Shown: positions 7,539 to 14,818 of the stretch, piece by piece | Layout: the number at the start of each line of letters is the position of its first letter | Position numbering within the stretch: the first letter of the stretch is position 1 | DNA from: Amphibacillus cookii | GTDB taxonomy: Bacteria > Bacillota > Bacilli > Bacillales > Amphibacillaceae | Assembly: GCF_016908375.1 (NCBI RefSeq) | Contig: NZ_JAFBDS010000001.1 | Coordinates: forward strand, 381,142 to 405,141 | DNA: 24,000 nt | Direction: 5' to 3' | Notes under the pieces: model-generated | Database searches by the model: none | Seen by the model: the letters and a program-made list of their open reading frames with translations, nothing else | What the model was told of the DNA's origin: nothing | Program-made: the position numbers and the translations under genes

Positions 7539-7596
7539 TGAGCAATATTACAGATTTACCTAATCATTGATAAAACAAGAAAAATAGTCAGCTGTC

Positions 7597-7605
7597 TGTT
7601 ATAAT
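7597..7605 (+). promoter_or_regulatory. Orphan extended -10 promoter (TGtTATAAT) pointing into repeat copy C
   Basis: TG at 7597-7598 and TATAAT at 7600-7605. No ORF with an SD follows. Repeat copy C begins about 65 nt downstream. No good -35 box. Confidence 0.4.
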
Positions 7606-7671
7606 AATGAACGAGGTTTAATTTTCCATTTGTTCGGGGAAGATGTAGTTAATAAATGTGTTGAATTGAAC

Positions 7672-7900
7672 GATCACAGATAACCGTCCGTAAAAGGCCC
7701 GCCTCAAAATAGAGAACAGAGCTCATCTATTAAGGCTGGAGATAACGGATACTCTTGTCCTAATTCACTCAATTAACCGCAGTGGGCGGGTAAGATCGTA
7801 GGTCACGTCCTGTGGCAACGTCTGCATCACCTATATCCTGTAGGCCCACGTCTGCATGATCTATGTCCTGTATCCGTCCACGGGTTGAAGGTTCGTTTTA
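7672..7900 (+). repeat. Composite structured repeat, copy C
   Basis: 5' module 7672-7780 (GATAAC at 7679 and 7741). Closing helix 7782-7792 pairs with 7871-7881 (11 bp including two G-U). No AGACTAA unit. Hairpins GTCAC-GUCCU-GTGGC 7802-7816, CCTAT-AUCCU-GTAGG 7830-7844 and a degenerate third (~7858-7875). Tail GGTTGAAGGTTCGTTTTA. Confidence 0.85.
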
Positions 7901-7917
7901 TTTGACCTTTATTGACC
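7901..7917 (-). promoter_or_regulatory. CtsR operator upstream of clpP
   Basis: Reverse complement GGTCAAT-AAA-GGTCAAA matches the CtsR direct repeat (A/G)GTCAAA-NAN-(A/G)GTCAAA with one mismatch. It overlaps candidate -35 hexamers TTGACC at 7902 and 7912 (TTGACC-17-TACTAT possible). Confidence 0.75.
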
Positions 7918-7981
7918 AATTAGGTACTATTAAAGTAATGAAGAAATTTTATTATGTGTATCCTTAAGGAGGAAGATAGTT

Positions 7982-8563
7982 ATGAATTTAATACCTACAG
8001 TTATTGAGCAAACAAATCGAGGAGAGCGTGCATATGACATTTACTCTCGTTTATTAAAAGATCGGATTATTATGTTAGGTAGTGGGATTGATGACAATGT
8101 TGCAAATAGTATTGTCGCTCAACTTTTATTCTTAGAAGCAGAGAGTCCTGACAAAGATATTTCTATTTATATTAATTCACCGGGTGGCTCGATTACAGCT
8201 GGTATGGCGATTTATGATACGGTGCAGTTTATTAAACCTGATGTATCGACGATTTGTGTCGGGATGGCTGCTTCAATGGGTGCCTTTTTACTTGCGGCTG
8301 GAGCACCGGGAAAACGCTATGCTTTGCCAAATAGTGAAGTGATGATTCACCAGCCATTAGGCGGGACGCAAGGCCAAGCCTCAGATATTCAAATTCATGC
8401 TAAACGAATTATAGAAATGCGGGAAAAATTAAACCAAATTCTCTCTGATCGAACTGGTCAACCATTAGAAGTGATCGAAAAAGACACAGACCGTGATAAT
8501 TTCATGTCAGCAGAGGCAGCTAAAAAATATGGTTTAATTGATAAGGTGATGGAGAAGAAATAA
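7982..8563 (+). CDS. clpP: ATP-dependent Clp protease proteolytic subunit
   Basis: 193 aa. N-terminal [26 protein letters not shown], and GMAASMG and MIHQP motifs carrying the catalytic Ser and His. AAGGAGG SD. Confidence 0.97.
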   Translation: MNLIPTVIEQTNRGERAYDIYSRLLKDRIIMLGSGIDDNVANSIVAQLLFLEAESPDKDISIYINSPGGSITAGMAIYDTVQFIKPDVSTICVGMAASMGAFLLAAGAPGKRYALPNSEVMIHQPLGGTQGQASDIQIHAKRIIEMREKLNQILSDRTGQPLEVIEKDTDRDNFMSAEAAKKYGLIDKVMEKK

Positions 8564-8566
8564 GGT

Positions 8567-8596
8567 AAAAAGCTAGCATTAGCTAGCTTTTTTTTC
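8567..8596 (+). terminator. Rho-independent terminator of clpP
   Basis: AAAAAGCTAGC-ATTA-GCTAGCTTTTTTTTT starts 4 nt after the stop codon. Confidence 0.85.
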
Positions 8597-8808
8597 GTCT
8601 AGAAAATTATAAAATTTATGAGCGGTGGATAACGATATAACAGAATAGTCATATCCAGACCATCTCTTTGTTAAAAGGCATAACTATCCATAAAACGCCT
8701 ATTTATCATTATATTGTAGTTTTTACATGAACATAAAATGAATGTGCATGCTTTCTCTCTTGCTCTTAGCAATTTAGGGTAATAAAAGAGAGGGATCTGT
8801 GTATTTTT

Positions 8809-8938
8809 TTGACTTCCTTTAAAGCCTTGATACGATAAACACTACCATCATATTTAGTATAGAGCCTTTTATTTGTCCTCTACTATTAGAGTCGATATAA
8901 AAAAACCATTAGTCCTTAGAGAGGCCTAATGGTTTTTA
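8809..8938 (+). ncRNA. Candidate orphan small RNA (promoter plus terminator, no ORF)
   Basis: TTGACT (8809-8814), 16-nt spacer, TGaTACGAT (8828-8836), then about 60 nt without an SD or ORF. Ends at hairpin AAACCATTAG..CTAATGGTTT (8903-8935) followed by TTTTT on the + strand. Sequence-only prediction. Confidence 0.3.
8894..8935 (-). terminator. Rho-independent terminator of the yheA-like gene (bidirectional hairpin)
   Basis: 10-bp stem AAACCATTAG/CTAATGGTTT. On the - strand it is followed by TTTTTTTATAT. Confidence 0.75.
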
Positions 8939-8950
8939 AGGTTTTCAGCA

Positions 8951-9298
8951 TTAATCTTGTGCGCCATAAAGTTCTTCTAATGGCTTTGTAATCGTACGAC
9001 TAATATTATTGATTAACTCATTGACACGTTGTTCTTCATCCATAAGCTTAGAAATTTGATCATGCTGTTGCACAGTTTCAACAATTTTACGTGCCTGATC
9101 AACTTCTTCTTCAGTAATTTCTTGACCTTGCATTTGCTTTTGTTGAAGTTCTAATTGAGTATTACGAAAATCATCAAACATTTTCTTTGCGATTTCATCA
9201 CTCATCACTGCATCATAAGCAGCCTTTAAGCTGTTAAATTCTTCGCTATCACGGATAGCTTGTTCAAGTGCACTCGCACTTTCTTGAATGTTCGACAT
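8951..9298 (-). CDS. YlbF/YmcA-family protein, YheA-like (UPF0342)
   Basis: 115 aa, acidic coiled-coil. LEQAIRDSEEFNSLKAAY...FRNTQLELQQKQMQGQEITEEE...ITKPLEELY is close to recalled B. subtilis YheA. AGGAGGA SD. Confidence 0.8.
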   Translation of the reverse strand: MSNIQESASALEQAIRDSEEFNSLKAAYDAVMSDEIAKKMFDDFRNTQLELQQKQMQGQEITEEEVDQARKIVETVQQHDQISKLMDEEQRVNELINNISRTITKPLEELYGAQD

Positions 9299-9430
9299 AT
9301 AATAAAATCCTCCTAAAATATAGTGACCAATGTTTGGTCGGTCATTTTTTTACTGTTCCACTATAACAAACTTAACCCATTAAGCCAAATCAAACCTATT
9401 ATGCACTAAATTATAAAAATATGAACGGAT

Positions 9431-9745
9431 TTATCACAGATAATGGTCAGTAAACAGCCACCACAAAATAGAGAGCAGAGGTCAATCGATTTAGGTGGGC
9501 GATAACAGATGCTAATCTCCTGATTGACTCAACTACCAATTAGTGGGTGAGTAAGATCGTAGACTAAAACCGCCACATTTTTAAAAAGGATTACAGACTA
9601 AGATCGCCACTTCCTTAAGAAGGATTACAGACTAAGACCGCCACGTCCTGTGGCAACGTCTGCATGACCTACATCCTGTAGGCCCACGTCTGCATAACCT
9701 ACATCCTGTAGGCCTCCGCCCACTGATTGAAGTTTCGTTTTCTTT
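9431..9745 (+). repeat. Composite structured repeat, copy D (longest; expanded internal units)
   Basis: 5' module 9431-9540 (TTATC-ACA-GATAA at 9431-9443, second GATAAC at 9501). Closing helix AGTGGGTG 9542-9549 pairs with CGCCCACT 9717-9724. Two 34-nt AGACTAA..GGATTAC units (9561-9594, 9595-9628). Hairpins GCCAC-GUCCU-GTGGC 9640-9654, CCTAC-AUCCU-GTAGG 9668-9682 and 9698-9712. Tail GATTGAAGTTTCGTTTTC. Confidence 0.85.
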
Positions 9746-9838
9746 CTTTACTTAAAATACCTTGAATTGATAAAGTTACTATTCATTATCCCCACATATA
9801 TTCTTTATTTACATCCATAATATAAGTGGAGGTGATTT

Positions 9839-10006
9839 ATGATGGAAAATAACCATAAAGCAAAAGATTCATGTAAATGTGCAAAGCGTGAAAGTGATCA
9901 TCGAGAAGTGGATAAAACATTGTCAAGAGATTACGGACATGAATTTGCTGATGAATTAATATCCCATCCGAGAAGAAATAAGAATCATGCTGAATATAAA
10001 AAGTAA
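9839..10006 (+). CDS. Small basic protein, 55 aa (HEFA-motif paralog 1; possibly YfhD-like sporulation protein)
   Basis: Below the track cutoff. GGAGGTGA SD (9828-9835) then ATG. Product MMENNHKAKDSCKCAKRESDHREVDKTLSRDYGHEFADELISHPRRNKNHAEYKK. Shares the SD context and a [SP]R.[YF].HEFA[DN]E motif with the ORF at 10310. The overlapping - strand track ORF is rejected. Confidence 0.5.
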   Translation: MMENNHKAKDSCKCAKRESDHREVDKTLSRDYGHEFADELISHPRRNKNHAEYKK

Positions 10007-10067
10007 GCGTGACGTCAAGGTTGGAATAAAATAGGTAGTTTCCATTGTAAAAAGCTTCTTTTTTAAA

Positions 10068-10105
10068 AATAGAGTGAACCACTGCTATTGTTGGTTCACT
10101 CTATT
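10068..10105. terminator. 14-bp-stem hairpin downstream of small ORF 1
   Basis: AATAGAGTGAACCA-(10 nt)-TGGTTCACTCTATT, a perfect stem. The U-tract is weak on + (AATAT) and better on - (TTTTAAAAAA), so the terminating direction is uncertain. Confidence 0.5.
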
Positions 10106-10309
10106 AATATGCTTTGCGTGATTGATCGAAGCAAATGCTGGTTAATTATAAAGTGTTACCATGCTAATTGATATCAAGCTTGTTTAAAAAATTAATCTTA
10201 AAATTCTAGATATTGTAAGTCGCTGTTCATGACATGGAAAGTTAACCATATAGCTGTAGGGATAGTCGGTTTATAATGGGACAAACTAATGGTTGTGGAG
10301 GTGATAGTA

Positions 10310-10468
10310 ATGAGTCATGAGAAAAAAGCTGAAAAACGTAAACGTAAAGGGCGCAATGATCATGAAACAATTAAAGAGACATCGCCAAGACGCTTTGATC
10401 ATGAGTTTGCCAATGAACCGATGACACCAGTGGAGCTCGATCGAAATAAAATACCGAAAAAATGCTAA
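10310..10468 (+). CDS. Small basic protein, 52 aa (HEFA-motif paralog 2)
   Basis: Below the track cutoff. GTGGAGGTGAT SD then ATG. Product MSHEKKAEKRKRKGRNDHETIKETSPRRFDHEFANEPMTPVELDRNKIPKKC. A terminator follows directly. Confidence 0.55.
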   Translation: MSHEKKAEKRKRKGRNDHETIKETSPRRFDHEFANEPMTPVELDRNKIPKKC

Positions 10469-10472
10469 TTAA

Positions 10473-10502
10473 AAAGGCTTCTCTTTAAAGAGAGGCCTTT
10501 TC
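10473..10502 (+). terminator. Rho-independent terminator
   Basis: AAAGGCTTCTC-TTTAAA-GAGAGGCCTTTT (one G-U pair), then a T-run. Confidence 0.7.
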
Positions 10503-10567
10503 TATAAATATCGTTTAAAAACTTACATAAGTGGGAAAAGAAAATCAATGATAAGGAGTGATAAATA

Positions 10568-10912
10568 ATGAATAATGCGCAATATCAATCCGTAGTGATT
10601 GCGTTACAAAATTGTCGAGAGGCGTGTTTGCACTGTTATCGATCTTGTTTCAAAGAAGATGCAAATCATATGGCTAAATGTATCCAAATGAGTCAAGAAT
10701 GCGCAACGATTTGTGCTCAATTTGAGCAAGCTTTATTCTTTGATACACAGTTTATTGAGAGCTACGCAAAACTGTGTATTGAAGCATGTCAGGTATGTGG
10801 CTATGAATGTGCTAAACATGAACATGATCACTGCCAGGATTGTGCTAAAGCTTGTTATGCGTGCGCTGATGCATGTAAAGGATTACTAGACAGTAGAGGC
10901 TTGATCGATTAG
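10568..10912 (+). CDS. Cysteine-rich four-helix-bundle copper-binding protein (DUF326 / Csp3 / YhjQ-like)
   Basis: 114 aa with about 16 Cys in repeated C-x3-C-x2-C-x3-C spacing (CREACLHCYRSC, CQVCGYEC, CQDCAKACYACADAC). AAGGAG SD. Confidence 0.8.
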   Translation: MNNAQYQSVVIALQNCREACLHCYRSCFKEDANHMAKCIQMSQECATICAQFEQALFFDTQFIESYAKLCIEACQVCGYECAKHEHDHCQDCAKACYACADACKGLLDSRGLID

Positions 10913-10965
10913 AGCATCTTTTGAGAAGCAAGAAGTACGAATTATGATTGGAGAAATGATGCTCT

Positions 10966-11619
10966 TTAAGACATGCTTCTAATTTGAAATTTGGATCTTT
11001 TGTTGATCCAAATTTTTATACATAGCGCCAACCATGAGATCGATATGCTTATAGCAGCTACAATATCTGTTAAGTAATGTGCCTCTAAAATAATTCGACT
11101 TAATGCCACGCCTGTAATAGCTGTTATCCCGAGTGATAGAACACCTGCTTTTAATCGTTTATTCGCTTGCAAATGATAGACAAGAAAGATAATGAACATA
11201 AATAATAAGGTCGTGCGCATCGTATGTCCACTTGGAAAGCTATAGGAGACAAGTTCAAATTCAATGTTAAAAAACTGAATCATCCGTTCTGAACCTGGGC
11301 GTGTACGTTGGAATAATACTTTGAGCAGATAGTTCAAAAACACTCCACCGATAGACATAACCGTAAACAAAATAGCAAAGTCCCATCGCTTTTTATAAAT
11401 GAGACTAATAACTACAATAATTGAAATGGAAAGAACAAATTCAATAGCACCAAGAAATGATAAGTGGCTAACAACATATATAAGTGAAAAGTTGTTGAGT
11501 AATTCCGTGATCCTAACACCAATAGTATCCAATAAACGCCAGGGTAAAATAGTTGTTGCAATTGCCGTATATAAAAAGATAATAAGTGAAATCACGATTA
11601 TCTTGGTAGAATGTAACAT
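10966..11619 (-). CDS. PAP2-family membrane phosphatase
   Basis: Track ORF trimmed to MLHSTK..., because the GTG at 11631 lies inside the GTGAGG SD. The three PAP2 motifs are present: KVLFQRTRP, PSGH and SRIILEAHYLTD. Multiple TM helices. Confidence 0.85.
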   Translation of the reverse strand: MLHSTKIIVISLIIFLYTAIATTILPWRLLDTIGVRITELLNNFSLIYVVSHLSFLGAIEFVLSISIIVVISLIYKKRWDFAILFTVMSIGGVFLNYLLKVLFQRTRPGSERMIQFFNIEFELVSYSFPSGHTMRTTLLFMFIIFLVYHLQANKRLKAGVLSLGITAITGVALSRIILEAHYLTDIVAAISISISWLALCIKIWINKRSKFQIRSMS

Positions 11620-11696
11620 AGTAAACCTCACTTTTTAAAAAAACTTTAGAATAGCTTAACATTTTTTATTATGGTTCGCTAGTCGAAATTTAGGAA

Positions 11697-11725
11697 TTGA
11701 CATTACAAGATCGATACTTTATGAT
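11697..11725 (+). promoter_or_regulatory. Sigma-A promoter for the M-box/mgtE transcript
   Basis: TTGACA (11697-11702), 17-nt spacer, TATGAT (11720-11725). An alternative TATAAT lies at 11739-11744. Confidence 0.55.
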
Positions 11726-11744
11726 GGTGAATGTATATTATAAT

Positions 11745-11905
11745 TCCTCGTTAGGTGAGGCTCCTGTGCTGGAGATATGCTACTGCCCAAAAACGTCCAA
11801 AGACGCCAATGGGTCAACAGAGACTATCGAATTAAGGTGGTTTTTAATGTAGCTGGACTTGATCCTATGCCGCACAGTGCTAAAGCTCTACGAATGGAGG
11901 CGATC
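11745..11905 (+). promoter_or_regulatory. M-box (ykoK leader) magnesium riboswitch aptamer
   Basis: TCCTCGTTAGGTGAGGCTCCTGT...GCTACTGCCCAAAAACGTCCAAAGACGCCAATGGGTCAACAG...CACAGTGCTAAAGCTCTACGAATGGAGG matches the recalled conserved M-box blocks (GUUAGGUGAGGCUCCUG, CUGCCCAAAAAUGUC.AAAGACGCCAAUGGGU, AGUGC.AAAGCUCUACGA). It lies upstream of mgtE, as in B. subtilis. Confidence 0.85.
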
Positions 11906-11935
11906 AGGTTATTTGGGATGCACTTAAATAATTAA

Positions 11936-11964
11936 AGCTCACCTTCATTCAAAGGTGGGCTTTT
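11936..11964 (+). terminator. M-box expression-platform terminator
   Basis: GCTCACCTT (11937-11945) pairs with AAGGTGGGC (11952-11960) including one G-U, then TTTT. Confidence 0.8.
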
Positions 11965-12135
11965 CCTATGTCTGAGGGAAGTATAAGGGTAAAACTTAAT
12001 GATTTAACCATATTAAAAAAGGGGGAATACGGTATGGGAAGTTGCGCAGATTCTGATTCGAGTTATAGGCAGAGCAGTATAAAAAGGCCCCTACTGTATT
12101 TGTCGGTATCGGTCTCTAAATGAGGAGGATATAAT

Positions 12136-13497
12136 ATGGTCAAGTTTGAAGAATTAAATCGAGAAGATTATGCAACTGATGTGCTACATTATTTAAAAAA
12201 AGAAAATAAAAATAAATTTAGAGAACTTTTTTTGGAACTCCATCCAACGAATCAACTTGATATTTTTGTTCAGTTGAATCGTCAATTGCGAGATCGTTTG
12301 TATGTATTAATTTCAGGTGAAGAATTTGCTGAATTATTTGAAGGACTAGATTTAGAAAGACAAAAACAAATCATCTTAGAATTAGATGAAGCATATATTG
12401 CTGAACTATTTAATGCCATTCCTACTGATGAAGTAGCTGATTTACTCGCTGAATTAGAAACTTTTGAAGCGAGTAAAATATTGAATTCAATGGATAAAGA
12501 GCGTGCGATTATTATTCGTGAATTATTAAGTTATCCTATTGAAACAGCTGGTGGGATCATGGCGAAAGAATTCGTCACGATAAAGTCTACTGACAAAGTC
12601 AGTGAGGTTATTGATAATTTGAGATTTTCAGCACCTGATGCAGAAACGATATACTACTTATATGTGCTCGACCAAAAGTCAAGACTTGTAGGTGTATTAT
12701 CCTTGCGGGATTTAATTATAGCACCGGCGTTTGAAACGGTTGAAAATATTATGGGAACAGATATTGTTACCGTCACAACAGATATGGATCAAGAAGATGT
12801 TGCGAAGCTGATGAAACGTTATGACTTTTTGGCTGTCCCAGTTGTTACGAAAGAAGATGTCTTAACCGGTATTATTACCGTTGACGATGTTATGCAAGTA
12901 ATGGATGAGGAAGTTACAGAAGACTTTGATGAATTTATCGCAGCTAAAGGGGCGATTGACATTAATATAAGTTCTTTTCAAGCAGCGAAAAAACGTGCGC
13001 CATGGATTGTTATGTTGATATTTTTTGGTTTTATTACCGGTGGTGTGATCAATTCATTTGAAGAGTCCTTAGAGCAGGTTGTCATCCTTGCCGCTTTTAT
13101 TCCTTTAATCATGGATTCAGCAGGAAATGCAGGAACACAATCATTAGCGGTTGTTGTACGTGCAATTGCGACAGATTCCTTTGAAAAGAAAGGTTTATTA
13201 CATGCTGTTAAGCGAGAATTTGGGACAGGTATTATGCTTGGTGTTATTACTGGAGTTGTATTATTGATTTTAGTTCCGATAGTGTATGGCAATTTTGCAT
13301 TATCTTTTATTGTTGCTGCCTCACTATTTTTAACATTAAGTTTCTCTACAGTGATTGGTGCTATTGTTCCAGTTGTCATTAATAAATTGAAATTAGATCC
13401 GGCGATTGCTTCAGGTCCATTTATTACGACCGTTAATGATATTCTAGGATTAATTATTTATTTTACTATAGCGACGACATTTATCGCTTATTTATAA
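12136..13497 (+). CDS. mgtE: Magnesium transporter MgtE
   Basis: 453 aa. N-terminal MgtE_N helical domain, tandem CBS domains (VGVLSLRDLI, TGIITVDDVM), and a C-terminal 5-TM domain with PLIMDSAGNAGTQS and ASGPFITTVNDILGL. GAGGAGG SD. Confidence 0.95.
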   Translation: MVKFEELNREDYATDVLHYLKKENKNKFRELFLELHPTNQLDIFVQLNRQLRDRLYVLISGEEFAELFEGLDLERQKQIILELDEAYIAELFNAIPTDEVADLLAELETFEASKILNSMDKERAIIIRELLSYPIETAGGIMAKEFVTIKSTDKVSEVIDNLRFSAPDAETIYYLYVLDQKSRLVGVLSLRDLIIAPAFETVENIMGTDIVTVTTDMDQEDVAKLMKRYDFLAVPVVTKEDVLTGIITVDDVMQVMDEEVTEDFDEFIAAKGAIDINISSFQAAKKRAPWIVMLIFFGFITGGVINSFEESLEQVVILAAFIPLIMDSAGNAGTQSLAVVVRAIATDSFEKKGLLHAVKREFGTGIMLGVITGVVLLILVPIVYGNFALSFIVAASLFLTLSFSTVIGAIVPVVINKLKLDPAIASGPFITTVNDILGLIIYFTIATTFIAYL

Positions 13498-13739
13498 ATT
13501 AAATTTAGATAGGGAAACCGAACATTAATATCTGACTAAACATGTGTAAAATCCTAGCTGTGTAAGAGAATGATCAGGTAATTACCCCATTATTTTGAAG
13601 GAGCCTATGTCTTTTGGTCTAACCTTTGTGGGATGTTATCGTTATATCGATATTTACACAATTTTAATATTTCATTATTAAAGAAAATAGGCTATAATAT
13701 GTGCAACACTATTTCACGAATGTTAGTGGAGGTGATGTT

Positions 13740-13943
13740 GTGAAATATGTTTACTGGTTTTTTCTGTCTATATTAGTGTTGTGGGAAACAAATGCATTAC
13801 AAGATATTTTTGGATTTTCTGCTTTTTGGCAATATTTAGCTAATGTCATTTTCGTTGTCTATTTTGCTTATTTATTAAATATAGATATTAAATGGAACAA
13901 ATTATTAATGAGATATAGTCAGCAAAAAAGGTCAATAAATTAA
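13740..13943 (+). CDS. Small hydrophobic membrane protein, 67 aa, unknown function
   Basis: Track ORF 13701-13943 trimmed to GTG 13740, 7 nt after GGAGG (13728-13732). TATAAT at 13694-13699 would place the TSS after 13701. Two predicted TM helices. Terminator follows immediately. Confidence 0.45.
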   Translation: MKYVYWFFLSILVLWETNALQDIFGFSAFWQYLANVIFVVYFAYLLNIDIKWNKLLMRYSQQKRSIN

Positions 13944-13981
13944 AAAGGATTCTGCATGGTGGCCATGTAGAATCCTTTTTT
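13943..13981 (+). terminator. Rho-independent terminator
   Basis: AAAAGGATTCTGCATGG-TGG-CCATGTAGAATCCTTTTTT, a 13-bp stem with one G-U pair. Confidence 0.75.
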
Positions 13982-14040
13982 ACATAATGAAAAGAGTATA
14001 AAATTTTCACAAAGAATTGTAAATGGACTAAGGTTTTTAA

Positions 14041-14775
14041 ACTGTTACTCAACTTTCGACTGAAAATAGTTGGAAACGGAATGAAGAAGATCGAATGATA
14101 CAAATCAAACCAGAAGAAGATGCAACAGAACTGGAATCAGGAGAAATGATAGATTATGGACATATTCAAATGGGTAAGAAGGGAAAAAACACACGCCAAA
14201 CACGTCTAGTTGTTCAACAATTGACTGAAAAACAACAAGAGAAACGGGAAGGCTATTTACAAAGAAGAAGGCGGAAAGGGGGTCACACCCAATCCGCCAC
14301 AAAAAAGAATCAAATCCAAATTCTTGCCACCAATATAACACGGCAACAATTGGATATGCAAGCGTTGTATCCGATCTATTCCTTGCGTTGGCAAGTGGAG
14401 ATTCTATTTAAAACATGGAAATCATTATTTGATATCGATAAGGTGCGAGCTGTGAATCCAGAGCGGTTTGAGTGTCATTTATACGGTACGCTAATTCATA
14501 TTCTTCTTTCGTCTATGATTGCTTTTCAATGTCGTTATTATCTCCATAAGAAGCATCAGATCGAAGGTAGTGAATACAAGTGTATCGACCTTGCAAAAAG
14601 CGCCATTGAAGATGAGAAAGGACAGCCATTGCATGATATCTCTTCACTTCGTGCACTGATGAAGAATATTTATCAAAATGTATACCGACATGGAAGGAAA
14701 GATCATCGCTATGAGCATATGAGTCCTTTTGATATCTTAAATCTTACTTATGAACGAACTTTCAAAGCAGTATAG
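14041..14775 (+). pseudogene. 5'-truncated IS4-family (DDE_Tnp_1) transposase remnant
   Basis: The frame is open from 14041; the track ORF starts at an internal Met at 14095. It carries the IS4 C-terminal Y-(2)-R-(3)-E-(6)-K signature (YSLRWQVEILFKTWK). Nothing upstream is long enough to hold the two catalytic Asp residues, and I found no terminal inverted repeats. Confidence 0.75.
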
Positions 14776-14818
14776 ATTAATATTTGGGTTTTGCCAAAGC
14801 TTATTGTTTTTTAACTTT

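Noticed and set aside
9837-10082. 81-aa - strand track ORF.
   Set aside because: It starts inside a 14-bp hairpin, has no SD and has a low-complexity sequence. It overlaps a + strand 55-aa ORF that has a consensus SD and a paralog.
13607-13681. 24-codon ORF MSFGLTFVGCYRYIDIYTILIFHY downstream of mgtE.
   Set aside because: The GGAG sits only 3 nt from the ATG, which is poor spacing. The ORF is very short, and I have no means here to check conservation.
13888-14341. - strand ORFs 13888-14103 and 14105-14341.
   Set aside because: One is antisense to the small-protein terminator region and the other to the IS4 transposase fragment. Neither has an SD, and both have AT-rich low-complexity sequence.
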